A DNA stretch of 57,086 nt from Minisyncoccia bacterium (GCA_038256975.1 JBBSJU010000001.1:1-57086), one strand, 5' to 3'. Shown: positions 1-7,918, counted from the first letter of the stretch. Translations and numbers: made by a program. Notes: generated by a model not told the origin, from the sequence alone.

Positions 1-103
1 GTTCTCCCCTATTGCAAAAAAACCTCTATTATCTATACTTATTACATAACTCTTCTTGATATCCGCATTAAAAGTGGTCTCATGAGAGTATCAAAACAAA
101 AAT

Positions 104-376
104 ATGAATAAAGCAGATCTCGTTGAAGCAGTACACGGTGTACTCCAAGGTACAAAAGTACAATCAGAGCAAGTTGTTGATACTGTAGTTGAGGCTATTG
201 TAAAAACACTTAAGAAAGGTGACGAAGTATCAATTGCTGGTCTTGGAATTTTTTCAGTAAAACCTCGCGCAGCACGAATGGCGCGAAATCCAAAGACAGG
301 TGAACAAGTAAAAGTTCCTGCAACAAAAGTTCCAAAGTTCCGAGCAGCGAAAGCGCTTAAGGATGCAGTAAAGTAA
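104..376 (+). CDS. hup: HU family DNA-binding protein
   Basis: MNKADLVEAV...GLGIFSVKPRAARMARNPKTGE...PKFRAAKALKDAVK, the canonical HU/IHF signature. Confidence 0.95.
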   Translation: MNKADLVEAVHGVLQGTKVQSEQVVDTVVEAIVKTLKKGDEVSIAGLGIFSVKPRAARMARNPKTGEQVKVPATKVPKFRAAKALKDAVK

Positions 377-388
377 ATTTTAGGAAAT

Positions 389-421
389 AATAAAAACCGT
401 TGCCTTGCAACGGTTTTTATT
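389..421. terminator. Bidirectional intrinsic terminator
   Basis: aataaaaaccgttgc-ctt-gcaacggtttttatt perfect hairpin between convergent genes. Confidence 0.85.
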
Positions 422-441
422 ATGCGTACTAAGAATGTGAA

Positions 442-708
442 TTATCGTGGCGCATGCTTACGTTCATTTGTACCGAGACTTCTATCACCAAATGCTCCGT
501 CTTCATTAGGGTTTCGAGATTGCAATTCTTTTGTAATAGCGTTAGCTGTTGGATCGTCATTTTCGTTGAGCGCTTTTAGAAGTTCTGTTTTTAGTGCCTG
601 AACGGTCAAGTATCGGAAAGGACGATTGTGAACATCTGCAATCTGTTCTCCTAGGTAATCAGCCCCTGGATTAAAATCAATACCATTTTCGTGATTTGTG
701 TTTTCCAT
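442..708 (-). CDS. Hypothetical protein (88 aa)
   Basis: Clean ATG ORF, tandem with the upstream ORF and ending at a terminator; no recognisable motif. Confidence 0.6.
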   Translation of the reverse strand: MENTNHENGIDFNPGADYLGEQIADVHNRPFRYLTVQALKTELLKALNENDDPTANAITKELQSRNPNEDGAFGDRSLGTNERKHAPR

Positions 709-714
709 AATATT

Positions 715-1011
715 TTAATGAATAGTTTGAGCACTTCTTTTTCTCTTCAGCTCAGCGACCTTTTCTAGTGCGTCTTCCAGAATCTTGGTATAAATGTCGA
801 TAAGTCTTGAGCTCATCTTCTCGTTTTCTGGCGAAGAAAGAGTCGTCGTGATATCTTCGATCTTTGATTCTAAGGTTGCGATATTTTTTTCGAGCGCTTG
901 CTCACGAGCTTCGAGAGTTTGGAGTGTTTCTTGGTCAGTAACAAAAAACTCACCATTTTGCTCACTAATACCTCCAGTGCTATCTAAATTTTTAGGCATT
1001 TCGAATGTCAT
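715..1011 (-). CDS. Hypothetical coiled-coil protein (98 aa)
   Basis: Heptad-rich LQTLEAREQALEKNIATLESKIEDI; a promoter lies immediately upstream. Confidence 0.65.
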   Translation of the reverse strand: MTFEMPKNLDSTGGISEQNGEFFVTDQETLQTLEAREQALEKNIATLESKIEDITTTLSSPENEKMSSRLIDIYTKILEDALEKVAELKRKRSAQTIH

Positions 1012-1019
1012 ATGTGTAT

Positions 1020-1048
1020 AGTATACTATAAATTATAATAGTTGTCAA
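1020..1048 (-). promoter_or_regulatory. sigma70 promoter for the 715..1011 ORF
   Basis: Minus strand TTGACA-17 nt-TATACT, 8 nt before the ATG. Confidence 0.7.
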
Positions 1049-1363
1049 TATGTATCTCTTCTGCCTTTATTCTACCATCAAAACAAAAGTTTAAATTAGA
1101 AGTATGCACTTTTTAAACAAACATATTTTGGTCACAGATAATATCTGCACGTCGCTCCGAAGAATCTTTTACTTTAACTCGTCTATTTTGGTCACCCATA
1201 ATTTTCTGACAAAAATTTGTTCGACCCCAGCTCGCGGTTTTTGCCTTTCGTTGCACTCAAACAAAAACATCGTTCATTCAGCGGAATGATCTACTGGGTC
1301 CGCTTCACAAAAACTAAAAAAGCTAATGAAGATAGCTTTTTCTTCACGTTTTTGTGCGGGATA

Positions 1364-1453
1364 AGAGAATCTCGTCTTACAGACGCAGTACAGGTTTCCC
1401 ATTTTCTCAAAGGAGAGCTTTTCGAAAATATGGGAGAACCTTTTCAATTCTCT
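1364..1453. repeat. 90-bp structured tRNA-trailer element, copy A
   Basis: Ungapped 66/90 match to 1664..1753 with compensatory changes in three stems. Confidence 0.75.
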
Positions 1454-1473
1454 GCAAATACTTCGTTTTATTG

Positions 1474-1544
1474 TGCGGGATAAGAGAATCGAACTCTTGT
1501 CCCCTGCTTGGAAGGCAGGTATTCTACCACTAAACCAATCCCGC
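1474..1544 (-). tRNA. tRNA-Gly (TCC)
   Basis: gcgggattggtttagtggtagaata-cctgc-cTTCCaa-gcagg-ggacaagagttcgattctcttatcccgca cloverleaf, anticodon TCC; CCA not encoded. Confidence 0.95.
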
Positions 1545-1663
1545 GATAGGCACATACTACTACAGTTCTAAATCTTTTTCTAGTTTTTACAGCATCTGGA
1601 TTCGATTCTTACCCAGTAGGTGATTGTGCTCAGTCACAGGATCAGTACGGGTTCAGTTTTAGG

Positions 1664-1753
1664 AGGGATTCTCGCCTTACAGGCGCTGTGCACCTTTTCT
1701 ATTTTCTCAAAGCAGAGCTTCTCAAAAATAAAGAAAAGGTTCTTCGAATCCCT
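1664..1753. repeat. 90-bp structured tRNA-trailer element, copy B
   Basis: Homologous to 1364..1453; outer stem agggattc/gaatccct matches the T-arm of the adjacent tRNA-Pro. Confidence 0.75.
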
Positions 1754-1779
1754 GACGAATGTGAAATTGTTCACATTCT

Positions 1780-1840
1780 CACTCCGACAAATACGTAAAA
1801 ACCCCTAAAATATGGGGGTTTTTACGTATTTGTCGGAGTG
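1780..1840. repeat. 26-bp perfect inverted repeat overlapping the tRNA-Pro 3' end (terminator-like)
   Basis: cactccgacaaatacgtaaaaacccc (1780-1805) / ggggtttttacgtatttgtcggagtg (1815-1840). Confidence 0.85.
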
Positions 1841-1905
1841 CAGGGATTCGAACCCTGAGTCTTTGGTACCCAAAACCAAAATGTTAGCCGTTACACCACA
1901 CTCCG
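1833..1905 (-). tRNA. tRNA-Pro (TGG)
   Basis: cggagtgtggtgtaacggctaacatt-ttggt-ttTGGgt-accaa-agactcagggttcgaatccctgcactccga. Confidence 0.93.
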
Positions 1906-1946
1906 AATGTACGAATGATAGCACGAAACCTTGAAGAATCAATCTT

Positions 1947-2336
1947 TTAGTTTAGGATAGGATTTTCTAAATAGCGCACTTTTGCTTGTTTGGTTGCCTG
2001 ATCAATGTAAATACAAAGCAGAATTGTTTTAAAAGACTTTATTCGCGGATGTTTCATCAAGTAGTACTCTATCACCTTCCCCATTTTTTCTGACTTAATG
2101 CGAGTAAAATTATCTCTAGGATCTATGTCCCCGAATGTTCCACGTGAAATATCAATTGATTTAACTTCAACAAAATATGTTTCACTACCTTTTCGAACAA
2201 CAGCATCAATTTCCCCGTGATATGTTTTAAAATTCTGTGTAACAAGAAAAAAACCTTTAGAAATAAGCCATTTTAAGGCGATGTCTTCTCCCAGTACCCC
2301 AGTGTTTGATTTATTTCTACCTATGCGTTTTTCCAT
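1947..2336 (-). CDS. YraN family (UPF0102) PD-(D/E)XK endonuclease-like protein
   Basis: G..GEDIA..WL..KGF....NF...GEIDAV......FVEVKS motif. Confidence 0.9.
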   Translation of the reverse strand: MEKRIGRNKSNTGVLGEDIALKWLISKGFFLVTQNFKTYHGEIDAVVRKGSETYFVEVKSIDISRGTFGDIDPRDNFTRIKSEKMGKVIEYYLMKHPRIKSFKTILLCIYIDQATKQAKVRYLENPILN

Positions 2337-2355
2337 AAATGTTTCACGTGTAACT

Positions 2356-2600
2356 TTTTATTTGATTTTAAAGACTTGAAAGCAATTATTTATATTGTCT
2401 TAAGAATATTGTTATTTATCAAGGTATTTTTACAATTAAAGACTAAGTATGTATATATTCTATACAAAAATGTCCTATGTTATCAACAATACCCACAGCT
2501 TTATCCACAGTTTTCTTAAAAAATAAGGATTTTTTTGGTGGATAACTGGTTGTTCTTTATACTTGTCTTTAAAAGTCCTTTAATATGTTTTTATGATAAA
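2356..2600. other. Putative replication origin (oriC)
   Basis: AT-rich non-coding gap with DnaA boxes ttatcaaca (2480), atacccaca (2489), ttatccaca (2501) and ggtggataa (2537). Flanked by parS sites; gene orientation switches nearby. Confidence 0.6.
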
Positions 2601-2784
2601 AAGAGAATCTTTTCTTGTGGGAACAGTACAGGTTTCTGATTTATGTTTTGGTCACAGATATTTTCTCGCCGTCGCTCCGAAAATTCCGCGACCCCGGCTC
2701 AGTATTTTGCATTGGGATGCAAAATATACTTCCGCCTCACAAACGCTAAAATCTTCGAGTAGTCGGAGATTTTTAACGCGTTTG

Positions 2785-2855
2785 TGCGGGTAGGGAGAAT
2801 CGAACTCCCGTCTCATCCTTGGCAAGGACGTGTTCTACCACTAAACCATACCCGC
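2785..2855 (-). tRNA. tRNA-Gly (GCC)
   Basis: gcgggtatggtttagtggtagaaca-cgtcc-ttGCCaa-ggatg-agacgggagttcgattctccctacccgca. Confidence 0.95.
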
Positions 2856-2929
2856 TTTATGTGAGAGTAGTATACGATATATGGCTTTTTTTTACAATAA
2901 AGCGTATACTCTTTCCATCACAGATATAT

Positions 2930-3004
2930 GCTCCTGTGGTGAAATGGATATCACAATGGTCTTCGGAACCATTATTGGGGGTTCGAATCCCTCCGGGAGC
3001 ACCA
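2930..3004 (+). tRNA. tRNA-Arg (TCG)
   Basis: gctcctgtggtgaaatggatatcaca-atggt-ctTCGga-accat-tattgggggttcgaatccctccgggagcacca; CCA encoded. Confidence 0.95.
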
Positions 3005-3032
3005 AAGTAAATCAAAATCTGTGAATATCTCT

Positions 3033-4520
3033 ATGAAGTTCACAATACCAGAAGAGGTGCTTAATACCGTAAAAACATTACAAAACAATGGTTTTGAAGC
3101 ATATATAGTAGGTGGGTCAGTTCGAGATCTTATCATGGCTCGAAATCCAAAGGATTGGGATGTTACAACAAATGCAAATCCATTACAGATTCAAAATATT
3201 TTCCCACGTACAGTATATGAGAATACGTTTGGTACAGTTGGTGTTGTAACTGAAACAGATGATGCATTACTTGATGCAAAGCCAGATACATTGCGAGTGG
3301 TTGAGGTGACACCGTACCGTACAGAAGAGAAATACGTCGATAGTCGACACCCTGAGACAGTTACTTTCGTACAGTTGTTAGAAGAAGATTTATCTCGACG
3401 AGACTTTACAGTAAATGCAATTGCATACGACCCAATCAAAGATACGATAAAAGACCCATTTGGTGGTGAAAAGGACATAAAAGACAAGATTATACGGACA
3501 GTCGGGAACCCAGAAGAAAGATTTAATGAAGACGCCCTACGTCTTATAAGAGCTGTTCGTTTTAGTGCTCAGCTTGATTTTTCTATAGAAAATAGCACTC
3601 AGGAGGCCATAAAAGTGTTACACGGGAAACTTTCTTTGATCTCTATTGAACGAATTAGAGATGAATTCATTAAAATATTGCTTTCAGACAGTCCAATGTT
3701 AGGACTTTTCATGTGTAACGCATTGGGGCTATTGCAACATTTCTTGCCAGAACTTGAGATGGGGGTTCACGTGAAACAAAATCAAGCTCATAGTTTTGAT
3801 GTTTGGGGTCATAATTTACGAACATGCCAGCATGCGGCGGACAAAAAATGGGGTCTTGATTTAAGGTTAGCAGGTCTTTTCCATGATATTGCTAAACCGC
3901 ATACTCGACGATGGTCTAAAGAGAAGAGTGACTACACTTTTCATGGCCATGAAGTAGTTGGTGGCAAGGTTACACGTGAAATCATGTTTAGAATGAAGTT
4001 TTCACGTGAAATGATAGACAAAGTTTCTACTTTAGTTCGCTGGCACATGTTTTTTTCCGATACAGAACAAATTACACTTTCTGCTGTTAGACGCATTGTT
4101 TCGCACGTTGGAGAGCAAAATATATGGGATTTAATGAATCTTCGCATATGCGACAGAATAGGCACAGGTCGTCCTAAAGAAAATCCTTATCGTTTCAGAA
4201 AGTACAAAGCAATGGTTGAACAGGCTCTACGTGATCCAATTTCTGTAAAAATGCTTAAAATTGATGGGAAACAGATAATGGATGTTACACATGAAACTCC
4301 TGGGCCTAAGGTTGGTTATGTTCTGCACGCTTTACTTGAGGAAGTTTTGGAAAATCCAGAAAAGAACACCGTTGAGTACTTAACACAGAAAGCAATAGAG
4401 CTCATGACTTTTGAGGTAGAGGACTTGAAACGTATGGGAGAGAAAGGAAAAATAAAAAAAGATGAAGTGGAAGATGATGAGGTAAAAAAGTTACACATGA
4501 AACATAATGTTTCTAAGTAG
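3033..4520 (+). CDS. cca: CCA tRNA nucleotidyltransferase / poly(A) polymerase family, with HD domain
   Basis: VGGSVRDL..RNPKDWDVTT, EDLSRRDFTVNAIA, EDALRLIRAVRF, ERIRDEF, LFHDIAKP..FHGHE. Confidence 0.92.
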   Translation: MKFTIPEEVLNTVKTLQNNGFEAYIVGGSVRDLIMARNPKDWDVTTNANPLQIQNIFPRTVYENTFGTVGVVTETDDALLDAKPDTLRVVEVTPYRTEEKYVDSRHPETVTFVQLLEEDLSRRDFTVNAIAYDPIKDTIKDPFGGEKDIKDKIIRTVGNPEERFNEDALRLIRAVRFSAQLDFSIENSTQEAIKVLHGKLSLISIERIRDEFIKILLSDSPMLGLFMCNALGLLQHFLPELEMGVHVKQNQAHSFDVWGHNLRTCQHAADKKWGLDLRLAGLFHDIAKPHTRRWSKEKSDYTFHGHEVVGGKVTREIMFRMKFSREMIDKVSTLVRWHMFFSDTEQITLSAVRRIVSHVGEQNIWDLMNLRICDRIGTGRPKENPYRFRKYKAMVEQALRDPISVKMLKIDGKQIMDVTHETPGPKVGYVLHALLEEVLENPEKNTVEYLTQKAIELMTFEVEDLKRMGEKGKIKKDEVEDDEVKKLHMKHNVSK

Positions 4521-4655
4521 ATAATTAGAAAAACGTAACTAGTGACAACGAGGTGCTTAGGACAAGTGATTTAAGGACAATAACAAAATTTTTCTTGTCT
4601 TTTAATTTTCATTGCGGGGTATAAAAAGTGAACATGGTATACTGGCTGAAATTAC

Positions 4656-6425
4656 ATGAACTATCAGGTACGGAACGTATTGGGGAATGCGGAGTGGCAA
4701 AAGGGAGCAACGCCACTTCTTGCACTTTTGCTTAATAATAGAGGGATTGCGGATACGTTTGATTCTTTTTCACGTCCTGACTATGAAAAAAGCATTCACG
4801 ATCCTCTACAAATTTCAGGAATGCTTCGAGTTGTAGAAAGAATTCTACAAGCACTGAACACCGGAGAACATATTGCTATTTATTCCGATTATGATTGCGA
4901 CGGTATACCGGGAGCCGTGGTTTTTTCTGATTTTTTTAAAAAGATTGACTATGAAAAAGTTACTTTCTACATTCCACATAGACATAAAGAGGGATATGGT
5001 TTAAATATCACAGCCATAGATTCTTTGTCTGAAAAAGGAGTCACTTTGATGATTACAGTGGATCTCGGTATTACAAACATCAAAGAAGTTGCATACGCGA
5101 AAAGCAAAGGCATTGATGTTATCGTCACCGACCACCACTTGCCACACGTTGAAATGGTAGACGGTATTGAAAAACAAATTCTTCCACCTGCGTATGAGGT
5201 GATCAATCTAAAGAAAACAGGTGAAACATATCCAGAGACAATGTTGTGTGGTTGTGCCACTGCGTGGAAAGTTGTCTGTGCGCTTTTAGCACACACAAGA
5301 AGTCACACAAAAGATGAGGTGGGTGAGTGGGGAGAGAAGATCAGTCAGATTCCCGAAGGTTGGGAAAAATGGTCGCTTGATATGGTAGGGCTTTCAACAA
5401 TTGCAGACATGGTGCCACTGACTGGAGAGAATAGGGTTCTTGCTTTGTATGGATTAAAGGTTTTGCGTAAGAGTAAACGTCCAGGACTTCGAGCCTTGCT
5501 GACAAGCGCTCGTGCAAATCAAGAGGGTCTCACAGAGGATGATATTGCTTTTACTATTGCTCCTCGCTTAAATGCAGCATCACGAATGGATACTCCTGAA
5601 CTTGCGTTTCGGCTTCTGTCTACTGATAATCCTGCCGAGGCGTATGAACTTGCGAAGACTTTAAATGCACTTAATACAAATCGCAAAGAGAGTGTTGGTT
5701 CGATCATGAAAGAAGTCTACAAAGATTTGAGTAAGCAAGATCTTGGAAGTGTCATAGTCATTGGTAATCCGATGTGGTCGCCAGGCGTACTTGGATTAAT
5801 CGCGAGTAAAGTGCTCGACATGTATAGCAAACCTGTTTTTGTCTGGGGGAGAGCGGAGGAAGAAAATCAATTCAAGGGTTCGTGTCGAAGTGATGGCTCG
5901 GTGAATCTTGTCGATTTGATGCTCGCTGTTGAGTCAAATGTATTTGCACACATGGGAGGCCACGAACTTGCAGGAGGATTTTCGGTATTCAAAGAACACA
6001 TTCACGTTCTTGAAAATCAACTCGTACGTGGATATGAGACTGTAAGGAAAATTGAGTTTGTTGCAGCAAAAAATATTTTTGTAGATTGCGAACTTCCGCT
6101 TTCGTATGTGCACTACAAAACAATGGACACTGTTGATAGCTTGGCACCGTACGGAATAGGAAATCAGAAACCAACTTTTTTATTGCGAGATCTTGAAATC
6201 ATGGAGGTGCGGCATTTTGGTAAAGAGAAAAATCATCTCGAACTTACCTTAAAAAGAGCAGATGGAGAATTCAAAGCATACGGATATTTTATTGGCACAC
6301 ATAGCTTCGAAAAAAATGTCGGACCCCTTGAAGTGGGAAAAGTCATTTCTGTTGTTGGTCAACTTGAACGAGAACTTTTTGGTTCACGTAAAAATATTAA
6401 AGTACGGATTGTTGATGTTGTGTAG
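4656..6425 (+). CDS. recJ: ssDNA-specific exonuclease RecJ
   Basis: DYDCDG, EGYGL, TVDLG, TDHH, TIADMVPL, PRLNAASR, GSCRS, GGHELAGG. Confidence 0.95.
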   Translation: MNYQVRNVLGNAEWQKGATPLLALLLNNRGIADTFDSFSRPDYEKSIHDPLQISGMLRVVERILQALNTGEHIAIYSDYDCDGIPGAVVFSDFFKKIDYEKVTFYIPHRHKEGYGLNITAIDSLSEKGVTLMITVDLGITNIKEVAYAKSKGIDVIVTDHHLPHVEMVDGIEKQILPPAYEVINLKKTGETYPETMLCGCATAWKVVCALLAHTRSHTKDEVGEWGEKISQIPEGWEKWSLDMVGLSTIADMVPLTGENRVLALYGLKVLRKSKRPGLRALLTSARANQEGLTEDDIAFTIAPRLNAASRMDTPELAFRLLSTDNPAEAYELAKTLNALNTNRKESVGSIMKEVYKDLSKQDLGSVIVIGNPMWSPGVLGLIASKVLDMYSKPVFVWGRAEEENQFKGSCRSDGSVNLVDLMLAVESNVFAHMGGHELAGGFSVFKEHIHVLENQLVRGYETVRKIEFVAAKNIFVDCELPLSYVHYKTMDTVDSLAPYGIGNQKPTFLLRDLEIMEVRHFGKEKNHLELTLKRADGEFKAYGYFIGTHSFEKNVGPLEVGKVISVVGQLERELFGSRKNIKVRIVDVV

Positions 6426-6437
6426 CAAATAAAAAGT

Positions 6438-6462
6438 CGGCGACGCATCACATGCGTCGCCG
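6438..6462. terminator. Hairpin between convergent genes
   Basis: cggcgacgcat-cac-atgcgtcgccg preceded by an A-tract. Confidence 0.7.
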
Positions 6463-6484
6463 GTTCTCGTGGACTACCTACAAG

Positions 6485-7126
6485 CTACTCAAAACCATCC
6501 TTGTGAAGTGGTTCTCGCCACTCATACGGGCGGATTGCTCCGTACAAGGTAAAGCTTGGAGCGAAGGCAGTAGTGCCAGTGTTTCCTCCAACAGCGTTCG
6601 GTACTGAAGTTTGTTCACATCCACATCGCAAGTCAGGGAACAGCGTCATACCTCCGAACCGTCCGGCATCCGGTGCGATGTCCACCTTCGTCGTCAACGT
6701 TTTTGTTGGAATGAAGGTAATTGCTGGGAATGTGACTTCGCACGAGTAGATATCTGTGGTCAGAGTCATCATGGCACAGTCACTCAGCTTGGGAATCAAA
6801 ATCAACTGATTCCCAAGCTCGTCGACGACCCTGAGATTTTTAAAGGTGCTATCCAGGACCAGTCCACCCTCCGCTGCTGCATCGTTCCAGTTTAACGGAG
6901 AGATATTATTTGGGCCACCACGGCGAATCGTAACCTTCAAGCGGTCGAGCGTCGTTGCCCCATGAAACGGGACATTCGGGGTGAACCACAGTTGGCACAT
7001 TTCTTCGGAAGAATCTGAAAGAATCGTGCCAGTCTGTTGGGTCGGGGACTGCTGCACGAACACTACTGGTTGTGCAACGGTTGCCGCGCTACATAAAACA
7101 AGGAAAACAAAGAGCAGGGTTTTCAT
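6485..7126 (-). CDS. Secreted hypothetical protein with C-terminal xxDGFE tail
   Basis: Signal peptide MKTLLFVFLVLCSAATVA; strong SD aggagg; ends ...LHKDGFE*. Confidence 0.75.
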   Translation of the reverse strand: MKTLLFVFLVLCSAATVAQPVVFVQQSPTQQTGTILSDSSEEMCQLWFTPNVPFHGATTLDRLKVTIRRGGPNNISPLNWNDAAAEGGLVLDSTFKNLRVVDELGNQLILIPKLSDCAMMTLTTDIYSCEVTFPAITFIPTKTLTTKVDIAPDAGRFGGMTLFPDLRCGCEQTSVPNAVGGNTGTTAFAPSFTLYGAIRPYEWREPLHKDGFE

Positions 7127-7224
7127 GGCAACCTCCTGGTTGCAGTGGGGGTACGTTCATATTGTCACAAAAAAACATTTTGTACAGAGATGTATCAACA
7201 TTTGAAATGATAGAATTCTATATT

Positions 7225-7917
7225 ATGGTACACATCTATACCGATGGCGCAGCACGAAATAATCCAGGTAAAGCAGGTTGGGGAGTAGTGATTGTTGATA
7301 CGGATCAGAAAATGGTTACTGAGCTTGGAGGCGCTTCACCACACGCAACTAATAATCAAATGGAACTCACAGGCGCGGCTGAAGCCCTCTCCTTTGTTTC
7401 ACAAGATAAAAAATATAAAGGTCAAAAGATAGCTCTCTATACCGATTCTTCATACGTTATTCGTGGCATGAAACAGTGGGTGAAGACGTGGCAAAAAAAT
7501 GGTTGGCAAACAAGTCAGAAAAAAGACGTTGAAAATGTCCGATTGTGGCAAGAGCTTGTGAGAGTGTCTTCCGATAAGGACATTGAGTGGCTGTATGTTC
7601 CTGGGCACTCTGGTGTCCCATTAAACGAACGAACGGATGTGATCGCTACTTCATTTGCGGACGGAAAACCAGAGATTCTTTTTTTAGGTATGATTGAGAT
7701 GTATCCATACGATGTCAGTGTTTCAAGTATTGTGAAACGCACAAGCTCAAAGAGTAAGGCATCGAAAGCAGGGTATTATATTGTTGTAAAAAATGGCATG
7801 CTTTCACGATATGAAACATGGATTGAGTGTGAAAGGGAGGTGAAAGGCGCGAAAGGGGTTCGTTTTAAAAAAGTAGCTAACAAAGAAGAGGAAGAGAAAT
7901 TTTTAAGACATACATAA
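7225..7917 (+). CDS. rnhA: Ribonuclease HI with C-terminal viroplasmin-like hybrid-binding domain
   Basis: IYTDGAARNNPG, TNNQMEL, YTDSSYV, W..NGW, VPGHSGVPLNERTD; C-terminal YETWIECEREVKG..RFKK. Confidence 0.92.
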   Translation: MVHIYTDGAARNNPGKAGWGVVIVDTDQKMVTELGGASPHATNNQMELTGAAEALSFVSQDKKYKGQKIALYTDSSYVIRGMKQWVKTWQKNGWQTSQKKDVENVRLWQELVRVSSDKDIEWLYVPGHSGVPLNERTDVIATSFADGKPEILFLGMIEMYPYDVSVSSIVKRTSSKSKASKAGYYIVVKNGMLSRYETWIECEREVKGAKGVRFKKVANKEEEEKFLRHT

Positions 7918-7918
7918 T

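Larger units (their letters stand above)
2136..4504. promoter_or_regulatory. Cluster of parS-like palindromes
   Basis: Matches to TGTTNCACGTGAAACA at 2136, 2340, 3763, 3968, 3998, 4283 and 4489. Confidence 0.75.

Noticed and set aside
1124-1195. tattttggtcac repeated at 60-bp spacing as a possible CRISPR array
   Set aside because: Only two adjacent short copies, no cas genes, and better explained as tRNA-trailer modules.
1352-1453. Intron-containing or split tRNA
   Set aside because: Only the 3' 20 bp of a tRNA is present with no D or anticodon arm, the adjacent tRNA genes are complete, and no group I core is recognisable.
1104-1808. Short ORFs 1104..1289, 1217..1483, 1274..1555 and 1620..1808 (also 2593..2793 and 2819..3010)
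   Set aside because: They overlap tRNAs and palindromic repeats and show no protein-like motifs.
7072-7224. N-terminal extensions in the ORF track for rnhA (also rplC, rplD, rplW, thyA, recG)
   Set aside because: They overlap neighbouring genes or promoters; the downstream ATGs match family N-termini.
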